Of a stretch of DNA of 64,000 bases, positions 1 through 13,331 are shown one piece after another. The position numbers and the translations under genes were made by a program. Position 1 is the stretch's first letter, and each line of letters begins with the position of its first letter. The notes below the pieces were generated by a model, which did no database searches, was not told the DNA's origin, and was given only the letters and a program-made list of their open reading frames with translations. The stretch is from Rhopilema esculentum (taxonomy: Eukaryota): the NCBI RefSeq assembly GCF_013076305.1, contig NW_027019640.1:4938378-5002377 (forward strand). The letters are read 5' to 3'.

Positions 1-2616
1 TGTTGTAAGTTTAGTGATGGTAACAAAGGTTCACCAAGATTTGTTACATAATTATATGCCTGATGTGCATTTAGATACATTTTCAATCACTTTTTCACTT
101 ATCAAACAATATACAATGATACATTTGATAATTTTTTTTAAAAAAGTGAAAGTCATGAGCCACCGTGGCTTCTTTTTCTTTTCTGTCCAATGTTTCAGTT
201 TTTACCCTCATTGCATTCTCCAATATAATTTTTTGCGTTAGACATCTTATTTAGAAAATTTTGATCATTATACCAATCAAAAATTTGATTTATTGAGACT
301 GATGAAAATTTATAACTGGTAAACAATAATGCCATGAAAGATAACGATTCCTTTTGTTCAGTCAAGCATGATTTAAGAAACCATAATCCTTTCTACCCTT
401 TTTGTTCTTTGTTAACAGCCCTAGCTCTAACAAGTTTTTAAGACCATACTAAGTAACTTGGCATTGGGTTATGCTCAAGAGCATTGAATCCAAGTGCTAG
501 TTTTCAAAGCCATGTAATTGTATGGTTTGCTTAAATGTAAAATTTTAATTGTGACATGTAAATTTTTATATTATAAATATCTCCACTTTAAATCTTATTG
601 CTATAATTTCTAAGTTTCGTGTATATGTTTAAATTCATTTTCTCGTTATTATGTAAGAACCAGCCACCTTCACCAGTTTTATTTGAACTTTTGTTTTGGC
701 TACTTGTACCTGGTGGTTAGGCATAATATATAAAGCAGCTGGAATTATACCCTTCGAATATTTTTTATGGCATCCCCCCCTGTTCAATCCATTTCTTGTA
801 AAGCTAGGGGCTTTGCCACCTGGGTTCTAGAGCCATATCAGCGTCTACATGCTTAGAATCAATCTGGCTCAGTATTAATGGTCACTTAAGTTCTTGATCT
901 TTATAGGGTAGCTCTCTCCACTGCTCTGTTTCTTTGGGGTTTTAAGCAATATTATATTAATGCTTAAAGACGCATATGTCTTCTTCTTGTGATAACCGAA
1001 TCTGCTCAAGATCGACTTTTCGTCTACGTGATTAACATTAATCATGCTAGGATCACTAAAAAATTTCTTTCAACGATATTGAATAAGTAGGAGATCATTT
1101 TATAGATATTCTTAGAGTCATCTTTATTAATCAAATTCCTCGAATTAAGTGTACTATGCATTCCACACACTATGCTAGAAAGAATAGCTTTACTAACCAG
1201 AGGCACTGTAAAGACTCACTAGAGTGTTAAAATATATGTGTAAGGTTTACAATATATGTATATAAGGGACACTGTGACCTTCTTGTAGCCTTTGGGTACA
1301 GAGCTGCTGTTTGTTACTGGGGAGGAGGTGTCAGTTGACTTAAGGTCTCATCTATAGAGCTTTAGTCCGGTGAAAATATTCATTGGTATCATTTCGCTGT
1401 TAGGAAGTGTCTGTTGATTATAGTTTCAGATGAAGAGGTACTAGGTGAATACTTTCAAAGGGTTTAACTCGCCTAGTCTGCTTTGACATCATGCTGCATT
1501 TGAATGGCTTTATTGTTTTTGTTTTTCGCAATTGTTTGGTGTATAATGGCGTAGCCTTGTAGAAGCTGGTTCCGTAAAGATAAACGAGCCTTCGTTAAAG
1601 AATTTCAACGTGGAAGACTGCTGATTGACCCACTTGAAAGGTTTCATGCCCGTCTCCTGCTTTTCCACGTGATAAAGACCAGGAATCTGATTGGTTAGTA
1701 TAGTATCAATCAGCGATTACCAAGACCAGAATAAGAATTCCTTTAAATTTCAGCATTGATTTCGACTTTTTCTTTGTGACGCCGTTTACGGTCAAACATG
1801 GTTTTACTTAAAACTCGAGAATATACGGCATTAACCTGAGCTGCATTTGATAATCACCCGAATAAACCAAAACGTTCTTGATGGGTTTATTTTAACTTGA
1901 ATGTCTTAATGGGTCTTTATTACTTGGTATCTCATGGTGAATGTTTCTCAATCCATATGTCTGTATGGGTTTGTTTTCAGTCTACCGCTATAGTTTTTCC
2001 TAAACACTGAGATCATCGATTTGAGTTCAGTAATTGGATGTTTGTCAATAATTTAGCAGAGAAAGAAAGTTTTATAATTTCTCATGAATGTATTCATCTT
2101 TAGGTTTAATCTGAGCCTAACCATGCTAATGAAACTCAAAAGTTCATTACGAATAATTCTGCAACTAGACCCATCTTTAAAATGAATCGCAGAAGGTACA
2201 TATACCATTTCTCTCCAGTATCATTTGTAATATAGACGAGTAAGGCAAAGTTGTTTGGTGTTAATCTTCATTCTTTCTTGATCAGTTTTTCTCAACAACT
2301 AGCTGATCTTCTCTTAGAGTATTTTCCGTACGGCTTTGAACCTCAGGCACTATTAAATCGCTTTTTTCACTTAACCTGTCTCTTCCTCATTGCATATTGT
2401 ATATCAATGAGAAATAAAAATGTCTTCAAAATGCAGGCTTGTTTGACTGCAAGTCACGTTTCCTATGCCGATCGCTTCCCATTTCTATATAACCGTTACC
2501 AAATTTTTGTTGCAGAATGGCTTTCAATGCATCGATTGAACATAGACTGCACTTAGAATTGTTTACCTAAACTTATTTTAAATTTCATGTAACTTTGTAC
2601 CATTTTTGAGACCAAA

Positions 2617-2695
2617 TTTCATTTCGTTACCCATCTTCTCCGTAACCCATCTTCTCCATCATTTCGGTAACTCATTTCGTTACCCATCTTCTCCT
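2617..2695. repeat. Short tandem-like repeat of GTTACCCATCTTCTCC (3 copies)
   Basis: catttcgttacccatcttctccgtaacccatcttctccatcatttcggtaactcatttcgttacccatcttctcc. Confidence 0.6.
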
Positions 2696-4806
2696 GCGAA
2701 GTAGATCTCTGCTCTATTCAGAGGCATTAGTTAATGCTACCATGCAAATTCAAGATAGCTTGTTGATCTTCGCTGAATTTTCACCTGATAATTTTTATCC
2801 TCCTTTGCCATTCAAGGATGTTCCATCTACGCGATCTGCCTTTTTGAAAGGAAAGCTTCTAAAATTTAGATTATTGTTGGCGAATAAGTATTTCCTTTTT
2901 AGAACATTCTGCTAGCGTAATGCACGGTGAACGAAGATGCTCGAAGATGTTGGGCTTTCTTGTGCGTTTGTGTCTTTCTGATACAGGAGCAACCGTTGAT
3001 AGATCAGGTATTTTGGGTTCTGGAGAGAGAAAATGGGTGAAAAGAATTGCTCTTCTATCTTCCGTGAAAAGAAGATGCTTTGTTTTCGATTCCTGTCCAA
3101 TTCAATCTCCATTAATTTTGGTTAAATGTATTTCTATAGCATTGTGACTTTATGCCCTTGTTCATAAAAACGATGAAAATGCTGAAACGTCTGGAAGTGG
3201 CTCGAAAATTTACCTTAAAACTGTATGCCTACGCCGGTAATAATGCGCTTTAGTACTAGTTTTGTTGACGAATCCAAGTACTGGAAGCTTAAATCATTTC
3301 ATTTTCTTCCGTGAACATATTTACTTTGACCTTCAGTGGTGAAAAGCTCAGAAGTGTTTGGCAATCAAATTTGTTATCATATTGAATGTAGTTTCTGGAA
3401 GAGTGACCGTAAAAACTCATCATAGTGAAAATTAGATCTCAAAGCTTAATGAGCAAGGAAATGCAATAGATGAAGTTATTAGTATATCGCTTCGCCTAGT
3501 CGGTTTCATCATTTAATTAAGTAGTTAAAGCTCGAAGTCGAATGAAGAAGTGCGACAAAAAATTGTATTTGTTTTGTTAGAAGCATGGTTATCAGCTGTA
3601 TTTGTCTATTATTTTAAATAATTAATAGTTAGTATATAGAAATCATGCAGTTGTCAGACATAACTGCCATGAGTAAGTCTGCGGCCATGCATTATGATTG
3701 TCTTATCTGCATTTTAAAATTTGCTTTATCGTTGAGACCCTCTTTGTAGAATTACTGTAAATATATGTCGATATGAAATGATCTCTTCATCTTTACATAT
3801 AGACCATTCCACAGCAAATTACCAACTAAAAATGGATGAGTAAAGTATTCAGATATTACAATACATTGTGTTTTTCCTAATTTGCTCAAATTAAACTGAC
3901 CACAAAAACTAGATAAAACCAATCTCTGATGCAACAACCATGCCTGTTACATGCCACTGCATAAGGCAGAAATACTCACAATGCAGGGATAATAAGTGCT
4001 AAAACATGGTTATTCTAAGTTGCTTCTCCGAGATACACACTTAATGCGATCATCAGGCTAAAATAAGTAAACTAAGGGACAAAATTTGATTTCATAACGA
4101 ACATTGGCAGATTTTAAGTTTCCAGATTCTTTTTCAAATTACATTATGCGGAGAGGGTTTCTTGATGCATTAATGAAAAAAATTTATATGCTTGCTCATT
4201 TCTGCGTCATATGGTTGGATTTACAATATGTGGGATTTCATGGCACGAATTGGTTTTGGGATTTTGTTGTAGAAGACATTCATGTTCACTAAAAGTTTAT
4301 TGGGGAAGCTCCTTGTTTTTTACGAATGTTATATAATTATAGATGTGATTACAATATATTCTTAACTCTGTCTTAGACCTACAAGCCTGTGCACGCTGCC
4401 AAGACAAATCATAAACACATACCAGCTAGTATGCTTTTTTTGTCCAACATCTACCCCAGGGACCGTGGAAGCAGGGGGCTGAGGGGGCATTAGTCTCCTA
4501 AATAATTTTCAAAATGTACTTAAAACCATACAAAAAGTTGCCTTGCTTTTGGTTTTCAGCATGTTCAGCCCCTCAAAACGTTTTGGCCCCCCTCACTCTG
4601 TAAGATGCTCTGCGTCCCTTGTCCCCCTCACTCCTCAAGCTCAGTTGGTACATGTGTACTGTTGATAGTAGAGATGTCAATACTAAAATGGGAGCACGCA
4701 ATGCAGAATCTTATCACTGTCTGTTCTGGGCTTTAGATATGCACAGAAAAAATCATTATGCGTGTGGCGATTTTGATTTTGCAAAAGAATTGTGCCGCCA
4801 GTAAAT

Positions 4807-4955
4807 GGATTTTTCCGAGGGGCAATCACTCCAAAAAATATCGTACATCTTTGGTGGAAAACCTATTGTTTTATCTGGAAATCCCCAAAAATCCTTTTGT
4901 TTTAGAGAAAATCTCGTACGCTATTTGAAAGAGTGAATTGCCCCTCGGATTTTTC
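4807..4955. repeat. MITE-like unit bounded by ~18-bp inverted repeats
   Basis: ccgaggggcaatcactc (4816–4832) versus gagtgaattgcccctcgg (4931–4948), imperfect reverse complements. A secondary internal inverted pair atcgtacatct / tctcgtacgctat. Confidence 0.4.
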
Positions 4956-7900
4956 TTGCCCTCTGTGAATTAACCATATTAGCCAGCAAATCCAATGCAT
5001 ACAGTATCAATATTCTTTCTGGTAACATTCTGTATAACAACAGCTTTGGAAAGCATTAACCGTGAGTCCTTTATTCCAACCACATACTAACACATCTGGA
5101 TCGCGTATTTTGATCACGGGTATCATGATATCGCGGATTCATCTTAATGCTGAACACGTCTTAATTTTTAGACAAGCAAATCTTTGTGCACCATATCGAC
5201 ATTTGTCTGTGTTTTTTATCATATACGGTGATAAAAAAGAATTTCATTTGATAAGGGCTCAAAGCATTGGGAATATTTGGGTGATTGGCTAAATGAGTCT
5301 GCCCATCAAAGCCAGCCACATTTAAATAGCTTTGTGACTGAAGGAGGAACGCCATTGCAAAATGCATTATTGAGGCATTTCTTTGTCATTAATAGGAAAA
5401 CGGAGAAAGGCTTTTTCATTCTCTTTTCTCTCACGAAACTACATTAAATTGTGCTTTATACAATAGTTGTCCAGTGATTCCAATGGTGTTCGTTAACTTC
5501 CATTGATTTCCAGAGAACGCACGAAGACTGGATTTTTTTCAGCTAGTTTGTGAGTATGTTTTTCACTTTGAATGGATGAAGAAAACCAAGCCATTCACGC
5601 GTGATTTGCCATTCTGTTTACCACGCGCTTTAACGAAAGAAACAGTCTATGCTGATTGTATTAGAAATTTGCGTAACTGTGTGATAAATATGCCGCGTTT
5701 GTGCGATTTCTTATTCATTAATCGCATAAAAAACTTACAGCGTTAGGTTCCAGAATAATGCAATTTTCCTAGCTGGGATTGTAGTTTAGGAGTTCATGAT
5801 TGCCTGTTGCTTTCTTGGAAGGACGTGTTGTCATATATCAGCGCACTGTGCGATGTATAACATGAATAATTATATATTTTAGTTCGTTCCAGTATGGTGG
5901 GGTGTTACGAAAGACTCCTTTACAAATATGACATTAATAGGTAAGGCTGCTGCATCAGGCTCTGTTTTTGCATTTCTGTTTTAGACTCACACTACTCTAG
6001 TTCAATTTAATCTTCTAATTCTATTTGACAGATTCAATGGCTCGGCGTACTTAAATTTTGCTTTTTTTATCTGTTACAAACAGCAAATTGGACTTAACTG
6101 TGTATTTGATTTCTATTACCTACTGTTTATTTGTCTATCATATGCCCAACCAAACCCATTCTCTTTACTTCTCTTTAAAACAGGGTATACATTCATTCAT
6201 ACCTTCCCTTATTCAATGGAATATTTTCACAGTTTTTTCATACTTTTGTTGCTAAAGCTCAACGTAATTAGCTGTTTATGGCATCAATCTCACAGAACAC
6301 AGCTTCAATTGAGTGAAAAGTTCTAATTGGAGTTCAATTATGGTGTCATCAACATATAAGTCTTACATATGCTTTGTGATGATTCTCATTATTAAAGTGG
6401 TTGCCGGCTTCCAAAATTTGATCAAAGTACCACATGATTGCTTTAGTATATGCATGTAACTTGTTAAGTGTATGATAAAGAGAAACTTTTCCCAATGTGA
6501 GCAAAATTACTTTTAAGTTGTGTGTAATGACCCTACAAAAACCCAGAAACTTTAATATGCCTCTTGTATGTCTAGACTTATTATGTTTTGTCAGAGACAC
6601 CTCCAGTACCTTCATATTTCAAGCCGATGAATTTGTCTAAATACATTTCTACGTGGTCTAAATACTTTCTAATTACAACCCAGGGTCAGTCACAGGTTTC
6701 TCATTGCCATGTTGACGGTGGAAATAACGAAAGGGAATGGCCGTACTTATATTTGAAATTGTCTTCGTGTGGATGGGACCTTATCAAACGGAATGTAGGC
6801 GTCTCCGGTTTTAGCGATAATGTGAAAATCCCTTTTCATTATTATTCATCAACAAGTCAAGAACATTGCACGTCTTATTGATTTGCCTTTCATTTATGAA
6901 TAGAGGTTTTTGAATGGTGCATTATGCTTTTATCAACATTTTTATCTCCTGTGATGATTTTAGCCATGTAAATTCTTTATGCACACTTAGCCGTATGTTC
7001 GCTGACACTGAAAAGAGATAAAACGCACTAAAAAGCTTTTCGTTGTTTCAGTTTCCATTTAATTACAATACCAAACGGCGCGCTTTAATAAATCCTGTAG
7101 TCAGTTATGGGAGTTTTCCCTTGTATATGGCTTTTCTATTCTTTTTGTATATTCTTAAAAGATAGTTTAGAATGATGCTCATAGCTTTTATTTAAAAGGA
7201 TTTTTTGTTGGATTTTGGATTGATCCTGCTTAGCTTAGCCAACAGCAGTTTTGATGCACCAAGCATACCTTGAATGCTCAGGCTAGAAAGACCATAAAGT
7301 ATATGGGTGATTTATTCACATTTATTTCCCAGTTAACGTGGCACAGCTCTGCCACTGACCTACAGCTGCCCGTAAAAGGATTATGTAATGGACAAAAATG
7401 TTTTTCATTTTGAGGTGCCAAAATACAGAAAAGCCTCCCAACCGAATGTAAACAAGCGACAACTTTTCATATGAATTTTGCACTTTTGATTAAAATTGTA
7501 TTAAGTAATATGTTATCCTTTTAATTTTGTTTTGTAATTTTGTATTAGTTGAAGTTTTATTCTTTGTATTAATTTATTGTAATTTTGTAACTTGGTAACT
7601 CCAGTGTCTCTTACAAATCAGCAACGCTAAAGGGCAACCCTCCCTATATATTTAAAATCAAACCAATAGAATCAATTGAATTTGTAACAATTCATGTTTG
7701 CTGTTTATAAATGATGTTGTGTTAAACTTGCAGCTACCACATTTACAGTTTTCCTAATGAGCATCAATAGGGCTTGTATGTTGACGACATCATTACTATT
7801 TTGACTCAATTGAAACTGTATTTTGCGAAACTTTCATTAAATTGAATAGGAAGATTTATACAGCTGTTAAACTTCCAGTACATTATTTTGTTGCCTAATT

Positions 7901-9116
7901 GATTACATTTTGTAAAATAATTTTTCGCAGGTGAAGAATAGCAAATTATATTTTGATTCATAATTTGTGTTCTATAGAAACTTACATTAACCTATTAGAA
8001 ACCAAGAATAGCTCGACTACAAAGTATGTGTTCTAAAGAAAACAATCCTTGTTTTATCAGCTTAAAAACTTCACGAAATTGACTGTTTGCAAGTCCTTTG
8101 AAATTTTCTCTGCCTACCCAAAATATGTTTCGAAGGAAGATTCTTTTAAGCTATAACATCGACATCCACTATTCCAAATTTATCATCCCTAAATAATTAA
8201 TTATTTGCTTGATTTAAGATTTTTCTACACATTGGGAAGCAACAGGCATCAAAGCACCTGACTACTTTTGAGAAGTGATAAAGCATCTCAATATGCCGGT
8301 ATTTAGAGGGACTGTTTCTCACAGGTATGGGTATTTTGCTCTCACTGTTTCGAAGTCTTCAGCTTAGCGATTTGTTTAACATGGCTTAGAAAGCTCTAGA
8401 AATGTTTGCTATTTGCAAAATGTCGACTAAAAAAGTGTAGTATTGTGGTGTGAATTAGATGCACAAACATAAGAGGCGTTTTGATCAAAGTGCCTCTACG
8501 AAAATCTACGAAACAAATGAAAACTTTTTTTGTAAATACGAGCAATTTTTGGTTTTAAGAGGAATGTGACCACATTAATGAAGTCACGTATATGATGTTT
8601 CTTTATAGAGAGGCTACCATTACTTGATCTATACTGACAAATTTAAGTTTAATAAACACTTTTGGCGATTAAACCTTTATTTTCCTGTATAGTGGAAAAC
8701 TGATGAATGTCATACTTATCGACTTGTGAAATGAGTTGATTCTGGTTCTGAAATATTTTGAAAATGTCTTCAAAGTTGGATTTAAGTGTGCCTCTTGAAT
8801 ATTTTTAGGTCAGCCAATATTGATGATAAAATAATTGCATTTATAACAATGTCAAAACCGTTTTGTGCTTCCAGCTAACTAAGAGATTAGGTTTTTGTCA
8901 CTGATATCACTGACCGGGTTAATGACTTGCTTATGTTCCTTAATTAATGAAAACATATGAAACACCTCAGCTTCTACCATATTTAAAAACATTGTTTTGC
9001 ATGTTGTCTCAGCAAAATTACTTATCACCATTATCAACCAGAATTTATTGTAATACTTGATAATTTAGACTTAGTTATCTTGTCAGGTGGTAAAATAGCC
9101 CCTTTTCTGAAATGCA

Positions 9117-9220
9117 GATATCTTAAGGGGCGAATTAAGATATTGAGACATCAGTTTTTGAGAGATCATGAAGTCCCGTTTTTTAATTGTTTTCATCCCG
9201 ACTGATGTCTCAATATTTTA
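9117..9220. repeat. Nested inverted repeats / hairpin: 20-bp arms taagatattgagacatcagt … actgatgtctcaatatttta (19/20), plus a proximal 9-bp palindrome atatcttaa…ttaagatat
   Basis: Read directly; spacer ~46 bp. Confidence 0.5.
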
Positions 9221-12200
9221 AGTTAGTTTTCATAAAGCCAAGCGCCTGGAGAAGCTTTAGTTTCAACGTATAGTAAGTTCAAAATTGTCAAGCATCAGTC
9301 AAATTTTTCTGTCCTATCAAGCTGCACTTACTCGAACGCAAATTACGTTTGACATCATCTAAACACCTTACTAATTTGTCATTATAAGCAAGAAAACATT
9401 TTCAAAACTATAGCAAATAGCAGTTTTGCGTTTTTTTAAATATACGGTATGAATAAGTAATATTAATCAATAAATGAATAATCACTGAATAGTACTAATT
9501 GTTTTCTTTTAAAAAGTAAATGAAATTTTTTCTTTAGAATTAATTTTTTATAAGACTGTCATATTGAAATCCGACCTGTTCCACCTCATTCTGCATGGCA
9601 TGCAGCTGCATTTCTGCTGGTTTCTTGTTGATCAGAAGTGATGTTTGTCATAGTTTGTTGCTTAAAAAGACAATAGTATAAAGATTTTTCACTTACAGTC
9701 GAATCTCTTTAAGTTGTACCCTGGATAGCTCAGGCTGTCACTAAGTCAGACTGACTTTCTTTTTCTATTGGGTCTTTCTACCTTATTCAAGTCAAAGTCA
9801 TACAACGGACAAGCCGGATGTTCGCCAAGTATGACCGTTTTTATTACCCCTTGACGGTTTGACTTAACGGGATTCGACTGTATATCTCTTTCTTATATCT
9901 AAAACACACCTTTGCTCAAAATATTCTCTGCTATCTAATTAAAGAGTGTCGTAAAACTGGTACTACACCCCTTTGTAACAAGCTCGGCGAGCCTGTCTTC
10001 ACGGGAGATAGCAGGTAAATATGGCAGGGGACGCAAAATTTGTCTCGGACTAGCAGGGGATGGGAAGTTGTGCCGAGGATGGAGCTCAACACTGACTGGG
10101 ACAAAAATCTCAGCTTTGTCGGGAACATTGGTAACGAACAAATGCTTGAGTCATTCAATTTTTTGAAAATGGACTCCCCGGTTGGGAAATTTTCACCGGC
10201 GATGGTTTTTGCCGGGTTTGTCACATAGGGATGTGGTTTTATCTCTGTAAGTCGGTAAAAAGGGGGATCTGAATAGATGACTGGTATGGATTAGACACTG
10301 AAGATGTAAGGCAAACAGTTGATGGTATCATAACTTTTCTGCGATTGTTACAAGCAAAAAAGAATTCAGTATAGAGACTGAAGGCATTAGCTTAGAAATT
10401 TTTATGTAAATATGCAAACACACATTTTTGGGAAAGAGTGATGAACAGTTTTATTTCTTTCATAAGTTAATTCTCCCCCCTCCCCCCCCCCCTGTAACTT
10501 AATGGTTAACCTAGAAAATTATGATAAAAAACTTTTGTATTGATATGATGACGATATTAGTAACGAGGGTAGACGTAGTTTCAACTACTGCATTTTTCAT
10601 CATCCCCCTTTCATCATCCACCTAGCCTTAATGCTAAAAGCCTTGAACATGTGCAATAGAAAACTAGCAGCTAGAAGCTCAACTGAATGAGATGAGATGC
10701 AGCTTATAAAATATGCTTGTTAAGTATCTTCTCCTTTCAGTTTTTCATGATGTTGATCTCGCTATTTGCTTACGTTGTTTACATAATTCAGCAGCCAGCG
10801 ATAATGTCTTGCTGAGGTACAATGAAACAAAACGGCGGCCTTCTATGTGGTTGCTGATACTTGCTATGACTATAAACATTTTGTTAGTGTAAGAATTTGT
10901 TTCTATTCACATTGGTGATCTTTTTTTGTCAAAGCTGATGTCTTCTCAGCCTAAGATTGCCGCCTTAAGTTAGCAAATCGACAACTATTGAAAATGCCGC
11001 CCATCGCTAGATGAATTTAGAAGGAGGGTCTGCGAGAAACACAAATTGACTATAAGAGTCTACTTATTGAAGAACTCCTCATGGAAATGATTAAAATCAT
11101 CTTCTTAGTGTGGCTTACATCTCACCTTGGATAGACAAAATTAATTCCATTACATTTTGTGCAATCTATGCTTGACTGTACTGCTTGACGTTACTGTCAC
11201 ATCAGCATAACTACAATTCCTGCTAAAATTCTCTAAACTCTATCGTCAGTACTCAAGTTCGAATTTTGTCAACCATTCCTTCCCCCACCCCCCTCCCCCC
11301 CGAAAACAAATTTGGTTTGCTATCACACGATGAAAGAGATAAGGGAGTACGTTTTTTATTGTGACTTGCATGATATTTGCATAAACTATCAATATTGTTT
11401 TTGATAGAAGTGGTTTGGTAGTGTTCAGAACAGATGTGATCAGTATAAAAACTCCACTAAAGCTGATGGGGGTGTCAAGTAATTTTTCTGGTATCACTTT
11501 CAACATTAAACGTATTTTTTCAACCGTGGCTGATGCTTCCTCGAATTCATTCCCTTTCAATGTTAATTTATCCCGACACTATCTATAGCACTACTTCACG
11601 CCATGTCTTTGGGGGAGGGGTGGGGGTTTCATATTAAAGGTACTTAGGGGTATGCCGCGAGCAATGTTATACTTTTGTGGACTTCTAGTCTAGCTAAGGG
11701 AATACTTTTTGCAATTTTTGTCAAGCCAAGGTTTAGCCAAGTGTATCATATTTAGAGTATCGGTCTAGAGAACTGTCTGTGAAAGTAAATCTCTTTCTGA
11801 CAACATATTTTGTTAATGATAAACTAGTAATTAAAATGAATCGACATTTTACATTCCCGAGTTCAACCAACAATTTTGCGATTATATGCTAACTCGAATG
11901 GATTGGAAATGAATCTAAGGGTATTGTTGTTCAATATAAAACTATGCCAAAGAAATCATTCTCTTTGTGGAAATTGGTCTAGCCAAGAATACAATTTTCT
12001 TAAAATAAATCTAGCTAACGGTACTATTTTGAATGTTCTCGTGGCAGACCCCTATTTAACATGTAGCCAGAATCCCCCTTGCCAATATCTGAGCTATGTT
12101 TAGTTGCTTGTATTGCATCCTCCAAAAACGTACTCATGCTATACCTGTTTGCCTATTAAATTACCTTATTTTAATACCTTTCGTTCATTTCAAATGCAAT

Positions 12201-12612
12201 TTTTTATACAGCCACGAAATTCAAATAATCATGTCAAAAATCAACATAAACTTTATAAAGATGGGTATGTTACTTGATAGGTTTTTTGCAAAAGTTATTT
12301 TTAAGGCGGGGCTTCTTCGAGGGGAGAGCTTATTCAAGGAGGGGTGTATCTCAAATTTTGTTACTTTTCTGAAAGGTTAACAAAAAACCATAATAATTTT
12401 GTTGAAATCTGACAAAACTTGTGATATGACAAAGCTCGTTTTTGCTTTTTTGTCATCAGCTAAAGATGTAATACTATATAGCTATTGTAGCTGAGTGTGA
12501 TTTAGAATAAGCTTTGTAGGGAGAAGCTAGTTAGCTGCTAATGCTTCCCGCGAAAAAGGGCTCATGAGGGCTTATTCGAGGGGGGCTAACTTTCGAAAAT
12601 AAATTTTTTTTA

Positions 12613-12867
12613 GGTGGGGGCTTGTTTGAGTGGGAGGTTTATACGGAGGTGGCTGGGGGCTAATTCGAGGATTTATGGTATATAACTTCGATTTCTGCAA
12701 GAAATCATAATTATTCATCATATGAGCCTCACTGAATTTTTAAGGTGGGGGCTTGTTCGAGTGGAAGGTTTATACGGAGGTGGCTGGGGGGCTAACTCGA
12801 GTATTTACGGCATATAACTTCGATTTCTGCAAGAAATCATAATTATTCATGATATGAGCCTCACTGA
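12613..12867. repeat. ~131-bp tandem repeat ×2, member of the dispersed GGGGGCTTATTCGAGG-containing family
   Basis: ggtgggggcttgtt(t/c)gagtgg(g/a)aggtttatacggaggtggctggggg(g)cta(a/c)(t)tcgag…tcataattattcat…atgagcctcactga, repeated. Related motifs at 12290–12360, 12530–12600, 32520–32600 (inverted, in a KCNQ intron) and 54270–54300. Confidence 0.7.
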
Positions 12868-13026
12868 TGTTGAATATATACCACATCATGTCATGCTAAG
12901 AATGAGTAAATTAAACAATACAAATTTCAATTTTCCCCGAAAAAATATGAAGCATTCTCTGTAATGATTGTATAATAACATTAAAACAAACATAAACACA
13001 AACTTGAACGCAAACATAAACGCCAC

Positions 13027-13137
13027 ATAACATAAATAACATAACATAACATAACATAACATAACATACATAACATAACATAACATAACATAACATAACA
13101 TAACATAACATAACATAACATAACATAACATAACATA
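13027..13137. repeat. (CATAA)n minisatellite (~20 units) embedded in AACATAAACRC 11-mer repeats
   Basis: cataacataacataac... uninterrupted except for one acata variant. It generates the spurious MLCYVMLCYV ORFs on the minus strand. Confidence 0.9.
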
Positions 13138-13209
13138 AACACGAACATAAACACAAACATAAACGCCAACATAAACGCCAAGAGATGCGTCAATCCTACG
13201 AAATAATGA

Positions 13210-13331
13210 GTACGCATACCCCCGTCAAATCGAAAGCCACATTACGATAATGTTTATGACTCACGTTGGAGTACGCATACCCCCGTCAAATCGAAAGCCA
13301 CATTACGATAATGTTTATGACTCACGTTGGA
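13210..13331. repeat. 61-bp tandem repeat, 2 exact copies
   Basis: gtacgcatacccccgtcaaatcgaaagccacattacgataatgtttatgactcacgttgga ×2. Confidence 0.85.

Noticed and set aside
12886-13217. Three overlapping minus-strand ORFs (78–81 aa, MLCYVMLCYV…)
   Set aside because: Pure translation of the (CATAA)n / AACATAAAC minisatellite; not coding.
13027-13331. Regularly spaced short repeats considered as a CRISPR array
   Set aside because: They are contiguous tandem repeats without unique spacers, in a eukaryotic context.
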